Assembly: GCA_017532425.1 (NCBI GenBank)
Contig: JAFXJH010000019.1
Coordinates: 1,029-65,028, forward strand
Length of the DNA stretch: 64,000 bases
Source: Clostridia bacterium
GTDB taxonomy: Bacteria; Bacillota; Clostridia; Oscillospirales; CAG-272
Reading direction: 5' to 3'
In this document: in pieces, positions 1-9,728 of the stretch
Position numbering within the stretch: position 1 is the first letter of the stretch
Layout of the letters: every line of letters starts with the position of its first letter
Program-made: the position numbers and the translations under genes
The notes under the pieces: generated by a model
Told to the model about the DNA's origin: nothing
Database searches by the model: none
Seen by the model: the letters and a program-made list of their open reading frames with translations, nothing else

Positions 1-1
1 T

Positions 2-2695
2 TTTACGCACACCGAGCATACAGCGGGTGAAATTTTCCCGGAAATCAAGGCAAGCTGTATGCAAGAAGGAAAGAAAGAATATTCGATATGTACGGTATGT
101 AGCGAATTTATATACAATAACGGCGGAGTGTGGACGTTAATAACCGAAGCAGAGCTTATAATTCCGAAGGATATGCAAAATCACCTTGATAAAAAAGAAG
201 ATATTCAGTGGACGTATAACGAAAGCACCCATCAAAAAATATGTCAATGCGGCACGACCCTTGCATCGGAAAATCATAGTATAGACCCGAATGCGCTCGA
301 GGGTACGTGCAATATTTGTAATTATACCAAAGTGCATATTTGCAACGATTTTACAAGAATTTATGCCGTAGAGGGCAACTGTATTACAAAGGGTACTGTT
401 GAGCATTATAAATGTAATGATTGCGGTAAACTATGCATCAGAAGCGGCAACGCATATATTGAAAAAAGCAGAGCAGACCTTGAGACCGAGATAAACGCAA
501 ATAACCATATTGATTCTGAGGAAACTCTCGAGTGGACGCACGATGACAGTAAGCACTATAAAATCTGCCGTTGCGGTAAGATATTTTCGTCTGCAAAGCA
601 CGATATATCACAGAGCGCACTTGAGGGGAAGTGCTCTGTGTGCAATTACTCTAAAACTCACATATGCACGTACACAGAGATTCCCGAAAAATCTGCAAGC
701 TGTATTTCTAAAGGCGAAAAGGCTCACTATAAGTGTGAGTTGTGCAAAAAGCTCTATATAAAAAGCGGAAATGAGTATCTTGAAACGGATGCAGCCTCAC
801 TCGTGATCGAAAAAGATCTTTCAAATCACGTTGATTCTGCCGATACTCTTGATTGGACTTACGATGCAAACGTACATAAAAAGGTCTGTCGATGTAAGTC
901 GATCCTTGTCTCAGAATCACACGATATAGATTCTGACGCGCTCGATGGTATTTGCTCGATTTGCGGATACACTAAAAATCACATTTGCGAGTACACGAAG
1001 ATTGCAAAGAAATCGCCAAATTGTATCGATTTCGGCGAGAAAGAGCATTACAGATGCAACGCTTGCGGAAAGCTTTATGTAAAAGCAAACGACGAATACG
1101 TAGAGACCACAAGATCCGAGCTCGTGCTTCCGAAAGACCCAACAAATCATATAGATACGATAGCATCACTGACGTGGGTATTCGATGACAGCGGTCACAG
1201 AAAGGTCTGCCGATGCGGTACTGTGCGCGAATCGAGCGGACATTCGATAAGAAACGCACTCGAAGGTGAGTGTACCACCTGCGGATACGTCAGAGTTCAC
1301 AGCTGCACGTATACCGAGATCCCCGAAATTCCCGCAAACTGTATGGAAAATGGAGTGAAATCCCACTACAGATGTGATGCCTGCGAGAAGCTTTACGTAA
1401 AATACGATGAAGCGTATATCGAAACCGATAAGAATCAGCTCGTAATCGAAAAAGATCTTTCAAATCACGTTGATTCTGCCGATACTCTTGATTGGACTCT
1501 CGATGCAAACGCGCACCAAAAGGTCTGCCGATGTAAGTCGATTCTTGTCTCAGAATCACACGATATAGATTCTGACGCGCTTGAAGGCATCTGCTCGGTA
1601 TGCGGATACACTAAAAAACACACTTGCGACTATACGAAGATTGCGAAAAAATCGCCAAATTGTATCGATTTCGGTGAAAAAGAGCATTACAAGTGCAACG
1701 CTTGCGGAAAGCTTTATGTAAAAGCAAACGACGAATACATAGAGACCACAAGATCCGAGCTCGTGCTTCCGAAAGATCCGACAAGTCATATAGACACGAT
1801 AGCATCTCTGCCGTGGACGTTTGATGACAGCGGTCACAGAAAGGTCTGCCGTTGCGGAGTTGTGCGCGAGTCAAGCGGACATTCGATAAGAAATGCTCTC
1901 GAGGGTGAATGCACCACCTGCGGATACGTCAGAGTCCACACTTGTACGTATACAGAGATCCCCGAAACGCCCGCAAGCTGTATGACGAAGGGCGAAATAG
2001 CACACTATATATGCGTTTCCTGCAAAAATCTCTATATAAAGAGCGGAAATAAGTACTTGCTGACCGATAAGTCATCTCTCGTGATCGCAAAGGATCCGGA
2101 TAGCCATATAGACGTCGCAGACGATATTCAGTGGTCCTATGACAAAAGTACTCACAGTAAGCTTTGCAGATGCGGAGTTAAGCTTGTAGATGAAAATCAT
2201 AATTTCAGCAAGGATAAATGCACGGTGTGCGGATACGAAAGAGAGCATATTTGTACTTATATCTTTGTAAATGCCTCGGGCGGTGGCTGTTTGTCGGAGA
2301 GTATCAAGGCGCATTATAAATGCGATGATTGCGGAAAGCTATATCTGAAAAGTGACGGTATTTACATAGAGACAGCTCTTTCCGATATTACTTTCGTGAC
2401 AGAGCACTCTCTTAAAAAGCATTACGCGGACAAGGATCACGGAGCGTACTGGGAATGTAAAGATTGCGGACTTATTTTCTCTGACGAAAGAGGAGAAAAT
2501 ATACTGTCCGAGATACCGAAGATCGAAGAAGATACGGAAAAAGATATCCTAAAGGATGATGCTGAAGATAACAGAGTGGACAAGACAAAAGATAACAGTA
2601 TTCTTCTGTACGTCATACTCTTCTGCCTTATCGCTATAATAATACTGCTTGCGGTCTTGATAATACAAAACAGAAAACGCTTTGCAAAAGGATAA
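2..2695 (+). CDS. Cys/His-rich modular repeat protein with C-terminal TM anchor; 5' end lies outside the window
   Basis: The frame is open from nt 2. The 19 codons before the first Met (FTHTEHTAGEIFPEIKASC) already fit the module consensus, so the ORF-track start at 59 is internal. There are eight tandem ~107-aa modules with conserved H-x-C..C..HY-x-C-x2-C..NH..W..H-x-K-x-C-x-C..H..C-x2-C. The C-terminus has a hydrophobic helix ILLYVILFCLIAIIILLAVLII followed by QNRKRFAKG. Confidence 0.7.
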   Translation, partial: FTHTEHTAGEIFPEIKASCMQEGKKEYSICTVCSEFIYNNGGVWTLITEAELIIPKDMQNHLDKKEDIQWTYNESTHQKICQCGTTLASENHSIDPNALEGTCNICNYTKVHICNDFTRIYAVEGNCITKGTVEHYKCNDCGKLCIRSGNAYIEKSRADLETEINANNHIDSEETLEWTHDDSKHYKICRCGKIFSSAKHDISQSALEGKCSVCNYSKTHICTYTEIPEKSASCISKGEKAHYKCELCKKLYIKSGNEYLETDAASLVIEKDLSNHVDSADTLDWTYDANVHKKVCRCKSILVSESHDIDSDALDGICSICGYTKNHICEYTKIAKKSPNCIDFGEKEHYRCNACGKLYVKANDEYVETTRSELVLPKDPTNHIDTIASLTWVFDDSGHRKVCRCGTVRESSGHSIRNALEGECTTCGYVRVHSCTYTEIPEIPANCMENGVKSHYRCDACEKLYVKYDEAYIETDKNQLVIEKDLSNHVDSADTLDWTLDANAHQKVCRCKSILVSESHDIDSDALEGICSVCGYTKKHTCDYTKIAKKSPNCIDFGEKEHYKCNACGKLYVKANDEYIETTRSELVLPKDPTSHIDTIASLPWTFDDSGHRKVCRCGVVRESSGHSIRNALEGECTTCGYVRVHTCTYTEIPETPASCMTKGEIAHYICVSCKNLYIKSGNKYLLTDKSSLVIAKDPDSHIDVADDIQWSYDKSTHSKLCRCGVKLVDENHNFSKDKCTVCGYEREHICTYIFVNASGGGCLSESIKAHYKCDDCGKLYLKSDGIYIETALSDITFVTEHSLKKHYADKDHGAYWECKDCGLIFSDERGENILSEIPKIEEDTEKDILKDDAEDNRVDKTKDNSILLYVILFCLIAIIILLAVLIIQNRKRFAKG

Positions 2696-2737
2696 TATCT
2701 GCGCATTTTTGCTATGATTTTTAAAAAGACCACAGCT

Positions 2738-2777
2738 TTTCGGGAGGCTTTCAAAAAGAGCTTCCCGAAATTTTTTG
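2738..2777 (+). terminator. Rho-independent terminator after the Cys-rich gene
   Basis: TTTCGGGAGGCT (2738-2749), a 9-nt loop, then AGCTTCCCGAAA (2759-2770). This gives a 12-bp stem with one G-U pair, followed by TTTTTT. Confidence 0.7.
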
Positions 2778-2825
2778 TTCGCATAAAATTCATAAAAAAA
2801 GAAGCTAAATTTCACTTGCCCGTTA

Positions 2826-2854
2826 TTGCAATAAGAAATAAAGTGTGATATAAT
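2826..2854 (+). promoter_or_regulatory. sigma-A type promoter for the 962-aa orphan gene
   Basis: TTGCAA (2826-2831), 17-nt spacer, TATAAT (2849-2854), with an upstream TG (gtgaTATAAT). Confidence 0.6.
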
Positions 2855-2896
2855 TTTAATAATACGAAACGCTTGGAAAGGAGGCGCGGTCAATTT

Positions 2897-5785
2897 ATGA
2901 AATTAAAACAGCTTATCTGCTTTTCGTGGAATGAAGAGGATAAAGTAAAAGGCTTTCATGTTTTTGCGCAAAGCAAGGGAATAGACGAGCGCGATATATA
3001 CGCGATAGCATCCCGCCTTGCATATCGCCCGTCGGATAATCTTACCTCCGAAACGGTCAAAAATCTTGCTGAAACGTCAAGACTTCTCGGATATCCGAAA
3101 AAAGGCGATAACGGACTTCATTTTGCGGTACAGCGCGAAATAGATTCGACATTCCCTACAGACTGCGCGTTCTTTACACTTCCGTCGGGTCTGCTTTGCT
3201 GTGCAAAGGTTACTTATTGCGGCGTCGATTATCGACTTAACGTATGGGGAAACTATATAATTCACGCGTATATCTTCTCGTATGACCCTAAAATATCCCC
3301 TGCGTCGATACTGCTCTCACAGAAATTCAAAACGCACCTCACGGCAGATGATCTCAAACCGTCAAGAACACAGCCGTATATTCCCGAAATAGAGATAACA
3401 GAGCCGCTCTCTAACGTAGATGCACTTGCGAAGCTTGTAAAAGCAAGAGGCGCGGGTACTCTTTCAAGAATTCTTGACTGCGTTTTTGCCGCAGTAAGAA
3501 GAGATATGGACATATATATAAACGCGCCCGAAAAGGATATCCTCTTCTGGATGCTTGCCTGCGAAACTCTGCTTCCGCACGATATAACGATGCTCCTTTC
3601 CTTCTCGACCTGTCGCTTTTCTCAGGAGGATGGCTCACCATTCAGAATAAAGCATATAATTTCAAAGCTCGGAAGTCATTATGCGTACAAGCTTTCGTCT
3701 TCCGATAACACGCATATATCTATCGACCCCAAAAACGCGATATTCTCGGATAGCGCAAGTAAGCTTCAGCTTTCGGGACTTATCACCTGCTTGCTTCTTA
3801 CTGCACCCGAGGAAATAGAGGTCATACGCTCGCTTATAGGTACTTACGTAAAGACGCACGGTGTAATCGATTCGGACGAGATATGTCTGATATATCGCCT
3901 TGCGCGTACAGATATATACGACGGAATATCCGAAATAGAGCTGTGCGAGACCTTAAAGGACGTCGTTCTTCGCTCGTTCGGATACGATACGGTCGATAAG
4001 GTGATCGAAAAATATCTCGCCACGACGGCGGACGGATCTTTTAAAATAAAGCTCTACGGTCATCTTGCGGCATATCATTCGCGCCCCGAGCAGATAATGA
4101 CGAATATGTTTTACCGTATAATGCGCGAGCTTTCGGACGGTAGGATGACGGCTGCAGAGGCGCTTGATAAGCTCTTTGAAGAGCCGTTTGGAAAAGAAAC
4201 GGTAAAATATATTATAGATACCCTTGACACAAGATACGAGCTCTTTGAGTTCGGAATGTCTGAGGGAACTACAAGAAGCTTTATATATAAGCTGCTTTTC
4301 TCGGGATTTTACGATCTCAAGGAAGAGGGCTCCGCCGATATGCTCATAAGGCTTATACCGGCGGCTGTGAAATATGAATCGGAAAGAGATAACAGCGTTC
4401 CCGAATGTATCACAGAGCTTATCGCGGTGGTTGAATTTGACGAGAGTATATACCGCAGAGTCATATACGGATACTATGATTATTGCCGCTCGGATCTTAA
4501 AGAATTTGTGGGATGGTGCGGACTTATAACTCTTCTTTTCGAGCAGGGAAGAAAGCTCAATTCGGAGGCGGGGATCACCACCTTTATAATAAGAGAGCTT
4601 GAACACGGAAGCCTGCTTGAATATATGAAGACGGGAAGCGAAGAGACGGTGACCGTGCTCACCCTTCTTTCGATGCTTCGCAGATGCGGTGCGCTGTCCG
4701 AAAAGGCTCACGCGAATTTTATATACGATAAATTCAGAGATTTTCTCAGATATTCTGCTGATTGCGACGTGATCTCTCTTGTTATAGACGGTCTGAAAAA
4801 CGAAAATGAAAGACTTGTGGAGGCTCTTTCGCAGTATTCCGGGGCGGATAAGGGTCTTGCGCTTGAGGTTTATAAAAACAAGGTCAGCCGTACACGCTCG
4901 GCAGACAAAAATCTGCTCAGTGCGATGCACGAAAGCGATATACGATATATAGGCGAGTCAATAGTGTCGGCGCGCATAACCTCTTGGGAGAGCTTTATTT
5001 CTTACCTTAAGGATTGGTACGTAAACGGAAAATACAATAAATGCTTCCAGAGAGCGTTCCAAAGAGCATTTTCCGACTGCCTTGAAAATGAAAGCTGGTA
5101 CTTTATAAACGAAGTGTTCTCTATCTGCAAGAGTAGATTTTCGACGTCCGAAAGGGGAGATCTCGATCTTCTGATAAAGATCCTCGATACCAATATCGGC
5201 TCGTATATCGGTAAGGAAACAAATCTTCTTCAGCTGCTTTCGGATATAAAGAAGCTGAGCGGAAGCCTGCCCACGGCATTGGAGCTTGTTATCGAAACAG
5301 AGCTGACACTTATAGGAAAGAGCGATATTTTTCTCCCCGTGTCGATAAGCTTTGTTCAGACGGCAAGCGACACCTTGAAAAATACGTACGTCAAGGTGTA
5401 CGGTACACGCCTTGTAGACCTTTGCGTGGGAGCATCGGACAGCGAAACGATATCCTCGGCTGTATGGCTCGTCGTTCTTGCATCTGACGGAAATACCTTT
5501 GCAAATATCGTGAAATATATCTCGCGCCTTGCGAGCGGATCGGTCAGAATAATACTCGGAAGAGTAATTTCCGCAGGTCTTATAGATGAAGATAAGATAA
5601 AAGTCGAGAATATGATACTCTCTCTGTCGAGGACAATGAAAACGTCAGATTATCTGATGCTTCGAAAGAACGTTTCCTCAAAGCATCAGAATATAAAATA
5701 CGATATAATTTTCGACAGAGTAGAGGAAAGCTTCGGAATTATAGCAAAGCGAAAGCTTGCGCTGATGCGTAAGGATCATAAATGA
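2897..5785 (+). CDS. Large uncharacterised protein (962 aa); the N-terminal ~130 aa resemble a GAP1-N-type domain and the rest looks helical
   Basis: ATG at 2897 is preceded by GGAAAGGAGG (2875-2884); the ORF-track start at 2873 is a TTG inside that RBS. N-terminus: MKLKQLICFSW..KGFHVFAQSKGI..FPTDCAFFTLPSG..YCGVDYRLNVWGNYIIHAYIF. No P-loop, HExxH, DEAD or other catalytic motif was recognised by eye. Confidence 0.6.
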   Translation: MKLKQLICFSWNEEDKVKGFHVFAQSKGIDERDIYAIASRLAYRPSDNLTSETVKNLAETSRLLGYPKKGDNGLHFAVQREIDSTFPTDCAFFTLPSGLLCCAKVTYCGVDYRLNVWGNYIIHAYIFSYDPKISPASILLSQKFKTHLTADDLKPSRTQPYIPEIEITEPLSNVDALAKLVKARGAGTLSRILDCVFAAVRRDMDIYINAPEKDILFWMLACETLLPHDITMLLSFSTCRFSQEDGSPFRIKHIISKLGSHYAYKLSSSDNTHISIDPKNAIFSDSASKLQLSGLITCLLLTAPEEIEVIRSLIGTYVKTHGVIDSDEICLIYRLARTDIYDGISEIELCETLKDVVLRSFGYDTVDKVIEKYLATTADGSFKIKLYGHLAAYHSRPEQIMTNMFYRIMRELSDGRMTAAEALDKLFEEPFGKETVKYIIDTLDTRYELFEFGMSEGTTRSFIYKLLFSGFYDLKEEGSADMLIRLIPAAVKYESERDNSVPECITELIAVVEFDESIYRRVIYGYYDYCRSDLKEFVGWCGLITLLFEQGRKLNSEAGITTFIIRELEHGSLLEYMKTGSEETVTVLTLLSMLRRCGALSEKAHANFIYDKFRDFLRYSADCDVISLVIDGLKNENERLVEALSQYSGADKGLALEVYKNKVSRTRSADKNLLSAMHESDIRYIGESIVSARITSWESFISYLKDWYVNGKYNKCFQRAFQRAFSDCLENESWYFINEVFSICKSRFSTSERGDLDLLIKILDTNIGSYIGKETNLLQLLSDIKKLSGSLPTALELVIETELTLIGKSDIFLPVSISFVQTASDTLKNTYVKVYGTRLVDLCVGASDSETISSAVWLVVLASDGNTFANIVKYISRLASGSVRIILGRVISAGLIDEDKIKVENMILSLSRTMKTSDYLMLRKNVSSKHQNIKYDIIFDRVEESFGIIAKRKLALMRKDHK

Positions 5786-5811
5786 CATAAAACGAAAGGA
5801 TAAAATATAAA

Positions 5812-6531
5812 ATGGACGTTTCTAAAATCAAGGTAATAGCCTTTGACCTCGACGGTACCATAACACAGCATAAAACTCCGCCGATCCCCGAAAACCGTGA
5901 GGCACTTGAGCGCCTTGCAAAAAAGTATAAGCTTCTGATGGTAGGCGCTGGACAGGTCAGACGTATATTTAATCAGCTTGAAGGATTTCCTATCGATATA
6001 ATCGGAAATTACGGTCTTCAGTACGGAGAATATGACGCAGAGCTCAAGGATATAAAGATAATAAGAGATGAGAAGTTTGAGTGCGACCGCGAAAAGGTAG
6101 ATGCAAAGATAACCTTTTTCCGTGAAAAATACGGATTTACGAAATTCGCGGGAGAAAATACAGAGTTTCATCCGTCGGGCTGCGTGACCTTCCCGATACT
6201 CGGAACAAAGGCCGATCCCGCAGATAAGCTTGCATTTGACCCCGACCGCTCAAAGCGACGTAAAATATACGGCGAGGTGTGCGAGGCATTTTCTGACTAC
6301 TGTGTTTTCGTGGGAGGCTCTTCCTCCTTTGATATGGCACCGAAGCCATATAATAAATATTACGCGCTTGATCTTTATTGCAAAGAAAAGGGATTTTCGC
6401 ACGATGAGGTTGTCTTCGTCGGCGATGATTACGGTCTCGGCGGAAATGATGAATCGGTATATCTGTCCGATTTTGAATTCATCAAGGTCGATGACTACAG
6501 GGATTTTGCCAAGATCGTTTCTGTGCTTTAA
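5812..6531 (+). CDS. HAD-superfamily (IIB/Cof-like) phosphatase
   Basis: Motif I is FDLDGTIT near the N-terminus. Motif IV-like VFVGDDYGLGGNDESV is near the C-terminus. RBS AAAGGA is upstream. Confidence 0.75.
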   Translation: MDVSKIKVIAFDLDGTITQHKTPPIPENREALERLAKKYKLLMVGAGQVRRIFNQLEGFPIDIIGNYGLQYGEYDAELKDIKIIRDEKFECDREKVDAKITFFREKYGFTKFAGENTEFHPSGCVTFPILGTKADPADKLAFDPDRSKRRKIYGEVCEAFSDYCVFVGGSSSFDMAPKPYNKYYALDLYCKEKGFSHDEVVFVGDDYGLGGNDESVYLSDFEFIKVDDYRDFAKIVSVL

Positions 6532-6540
6532 AAATAATAA

Positions 6541-6572
6541 AAAGACTGTTGCTTTGAGGCAACAGTCTTTTT
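6541..6572. terminator. Bidirectional terminator between the HAD gene (+) and aspS (-)
   Basis: AAAGACTGTTGC, loop tttgag, GCAACAGTCTTT. The 12-bp stem is flanked by A-runs and T-runs on both sides. Confidence 0.8.
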
Positions 6573-6585
6573 GTTATAGGTTATT

Positions 6586-8364
6586 TTATTCCTTAACAAT
6601 AGCAATACCGAGGTCGCGGTAAGCCTGCTCGTCTGCGGGAGCGGGGCACTGCGACATGGGCTCGGAAGCGTTCTGTACCTTCGGGAAGGCAACAACGTCG
6701 CGAAGGCTTTCTGCACCCGACATTACCATTGTAAGACGGTCAAGACCCATACCCGAGCCACCGTGAGGCGGAGCACCATACTTGTAAGCGTCAACGAGGA
6801 ATCCGAACTTTGCGGCGATCTCTTCCTTCGTGAGTCCGAGAGCGTCAAACATCTTCTCCTGAAGCTTCCAGTCGGTGATTCTGATAGATCCCGAAAGGAG
6901 CTCGACTCCGTTGAGTACGAGGTCATATGCCTTTGCACGGACTGCGCCCGGATCGCTTTCGAGAAGGGGCAGACATTCTTCCATAGGCATCGTGAAGGGG
7001 TGATGCATAGCATCCCAGTGCTGTGTCTCTTCGTTCCATTCGAAGAAGGGGAATTCTGTGATCCATACGAAATTGAACTTGTCGGGAATCATAGAAAGCT
7101 GCTTTGCGATCTTGAGACGGAGCGCGCCGAGTACGGGAAGTACTACGCGGTTAGCGTCTGCAACGATAAGAGCAACGTCGCCGCGACGGCAGTCGATACT
7201 CTCCATGATAGCGTTAAGTGTTTCGGGAGAAATGAACTTTGCAAAGGAGCAGTTGGGTGTCTCGTCAACGAATCTGATGTATGCAAGACCCTTTGCGCCG
7301 ATACCCTTTGCGTGCTCTGTGAGCTTGTCGATCTCTTTTCTCGAAAGGGTAGAAGCACCGCCCTTGACAACGATAGCGCGAACGCTTCCGCCGTTATTAA
7401 CAGCACCCTCAAATACTCCGAATCCCGAAGCAGCTACAATATTCGAAATATCCTGTATCTCCATACCGAAGCGTGTGTCGGGCTTGTCAGATCCGTAGCG
7501 CGACATAGCTTCCGCATAGGTCATACGGGGGAGAGGAAGCTCGAGCTTTACACCGAGTATTTCATCGAAAAGCTTTGCCATAAGACCTTCGTTTATGTTC
7601 ATTACGTCTTCCTGCGTTGCGAAAGACATTTCAAAGTCGATCTGTGTGAATTCGGGCTGACGGTCTGCACGAAGGTCCTCGTCACGGAAGCAACGTGCAA
7701 TCTGAATGTATCTGTCATATCCCGCGATCATAAGAAGCTGCTTGTAGATCTGGGGAGACTGAGGAAGCGCGTAAACGCATCCCTTGTGGATACGCGAGGG
7801 AACGAGATAGTCGCGTGCGCCCTCGGGAGTAGCCTTTATCATCATAGGTGTTTCGATTTCTGTGAAGTTGTTCGAATAGAAGTACTGACGCGCGATGCGA
7901 GTGATCTCGTTACGCATAAAAATGTTCTTCTGAAGCGCGGGACGGCGAAGGTCGAGATAACGGTACTTGAGCGCGATCTCTTCACCTGCATTGTAGTTTT
8001 CACCGATCTCGAAGGGAAGGGTGTCAGCCTCGGAAAGAACCTTCATAGAGGTAACGAAAATTTCGATCTCGCCGGTGGGAATGTTCTTGTTTACCGAAGA
8101 ACGTGCTCTTACGCTTCCTTTTGCGGAAAGAACGTACTCGCTGCGGCAGGTGAACGCCTTCTCAAAAACTTCCTTGTCTGTAGCATCGTCGAATGCGAGC
8201 TGAACTATACCGCTCTTGTCGCGAAGGTCGATGAAGATAAGGCTTCCAAGGTCGCGGCGGCGCTGTATCCAACCGCAGACGGTAACCTCTTTGCCTATAT
8301 CAGAGGTGCGGAGCTCTCCGCAATATACTGTTCTTTTGTCATCTTTTGTAAAAAATTCTGCCAA
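6586..8364 (-). CDS. aspS: Aspartate--tRNA ligase
   Basis: 592 aa. OB-fold N-terminus (VTVCGWIQRRRDLGSLIFIDLRDKSGIVQL). Class II motifs FRDEDLRADRQPEFTQID and GGSGMGLDRL. Confidence 0.95.
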   Translation of the reverse strand: MAEFFTKDDKRTVYCGELRTSDIGKEVTVCGWIQRRRDLGSLIFIDLRDKSGIVQLAFDDATDKEVFEKAFTCRSEYVLSAKGSVRARSSVNKNIPTGEIEIFVTSMKVLSEADTLPFEIGENYNAGEEIALKYRYLDLRRPALQKNIFMRNEITRIARQYFYSNNFTEIETPMMIKATPEGARDYLVPSRIHKGCVYALPQSPQIYKQLLMIAGYDRYIQIARCFRDEDLRADRQPEFTQIDFEMSFATQEDVMNINEGLMAKLFDEILGVKLELPLPRMTYAEAMSRYGSDKPDTRFGMEIQDISNIVAASGFGVFEGAVNNGGSVRAIVVKGGASTLSRKEIDKLTEHAKGIGAKGLAYIRFVDETPNCSFAKFISPETLNAIMESIDCRRGDVALIVADANRVVLPVLGALRLKIAKQLSMIPDKFNFVWITEFPFFEWNEETQHWDAMHHPFTMPMEECLPLLESDPGAVRAKAYDLVLNGVELLSGSIRITDWKLQEKMFDALGLTKEEIAAKFGFLVDAYKYGAPPHGGSGMGLDRLTMVMSGAESLRDVVAFPKVQNASEPMSQCPAPADEQAYRDLGIAIVKE

Positions 8365-8394
8365 AATATATCACTCCAAACGATTAATTATTTT

Positions 8395-9630
8395 TTAGTT
8401 AAAGAATTCTACGATCTTGTCGATCTCGATCTCATTTTGTGAGCTGTCAGCCATACTGCGAAGCTGCGCGCGTCCGCATTCAAGCTCGCTGTCACCGATG
8501 ATGACAGTGTATTTGGCGCCGATCTTGTCGGCGTACTTCATCTGTGCCTTGAGAGAGCGTCCGACGAGGTCGCACTCTGCGTAAACGCCCTTGTCGCGAA
8601 GCTTGGATGCAAGTCCCGAAGCCTTTACGGCAGCGGCCTCGCCCATAGATGCGATGTAAACGGCGGGACTGTTGTCAATTTCGGGCACCTTTGCGGCAGG
8701 AAGAAGACGGGAGATACCCATACCGAAGCCGCACGCGGGAGTTGCGGGACCGTCAAGCTCGCTTACAAGTCCGTCGTAGCGTCCGCCGCCGCAGATGGTC
8801 GACTGCGCTCCGATAGAGCCGCAGACAAATTCAAATACGGTGCGTGAATAGTAGTCAAGACCGCGCACGATAGAGGTGTCAATCGTATATTCGATCCCCT
8901 TTTCCTTAAGGCAACTTTCGAGAAGATCCATGTGAGCTTTACAGTCGTCGCAGAGATAGTCGATAGTCTTGGGAGCGTTTTCCGCAAACTTTTTGCATAT
9001 CTCGCTCTTGCAGTCGAGGATTCTCATAGGATTAGTCTCAAGACGTGTCTTGCAGGTGTCACAGAGCTCGTCACGGCAGGAAGAGAAATATTCTCTGAGT
9101 GCGCTTCTGTGACCGCCGCGGCAACTTGGGCATCCGATAGAGTTTATTCTGAGCGAAACATCCTCGATTCCGAGATTTTTGATTATAGAATTTGCAAGCG
9201 AGATGATATCAGCATCGGCTGCTGCGGAAGCACTTCCGAAAAGCTCAACGCCGAACTGCTCGAATTCGCGGAAGCGTCCTGCCTGAGGCGCCTCGTGTCT
9301 GAAGCAGTTAATTATATAGTAAAGCTTGATCGGCATTGTATCCGAGAATTTCTTGTTTTCGATGAGAGCGCGTGCTACGCCTGCAGTTCCTTCGGGACGG
9401 AGGGTAAGCGATTCGCCGCTTCTGTCCGTGAAGGTATACATTTCCTTTTGAACAACGTCGGTAGTGTTTCCGACGCCGCGCGAGAAGAGCTCGGTAGCCT
9501 CAAACGTAGGGAAACGAATTTCACCGAAGCCGTACTTTGCCGCAGTTTTTCTGCAGACAGATTCAACGTACTGCCATTTTCCCGTCGCATCGGGAAAAAT
9601 GTCGAGAGTACCTTTTTGTTTTCTTATCAT
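8395..9630 (-). CDS. hisS: Histidine--tRNA ligase
   Basis: 411 aa. Contains GTLDIFP, VQKEMYTFTDRSGESLTLRPEGTAGVAR and GGGRYDGL. It lies directly upstream of aspS, the classic hisS-aspS pairing. Confidence 0.95.
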   Translation of the reverse strand: MIRKQKGTLDIFPDATGKWQYVESVCRKTAAKYGFGEIRFPTFEATELFSRGVGNTTDVVQKEMYTFTDRSGESLTLRPEGTAGVARALIENKKFSDTMPIKLYYIINCFRHEAPQAGRFREFEQFGVELFGSASAAADADIISLANSIIKNLGIEDVSLRINSIGCPSCRGGHRSALREYFSSCRDELCDTCKTRLETNPMRILDCKSEICKKFAENAPKTIDYLCDDCKAHMDLLESCLKEKGIEYTIDTSIVRGLDYYSRTVFEFVCGSIGAQSTICGGGRYDGLVSELDGPATPACGFGMGISRLLPAAKVPEIDNSPAVYIASMGEAAAVKASGLASKLRDKGVYAECDLVGRSLKAQMKYADKIGAKYTVIIGDSELECGRAQLRSMADSSQNEIEIDKIVEFFN

Positions 9631-9728
9631 GGGATTATTTTACTGTCCTTTCGGTTTATATAGTTGAGTTTTATGAAAAAATCAAGTGTATTTTCGCGGT
9701 ATTACCGATTAAAATACATATTCATATT

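Noticed and set aside
6763-8442. Very long antisense ORFs opposite real genes. Examples: 6763..8442 opposite aspS, 39256..40614 opposite the DUF4965 gene, 41262..42455 opposite GH43, 45282..46481 opposite pepT, 61281..62576 opposite murA, 3953..4930, 13513..14280, 14933..15700, 20816..21841 and 23756..24757.
   Set aside because: Their translations are low-complexity and rich in Cys, Arg and Ser, with no motifs and no RBSs. The opposite strand carries unmistakable conserved proteins. Stop-poor antisense frames are an expected by-product of the codon usage here.
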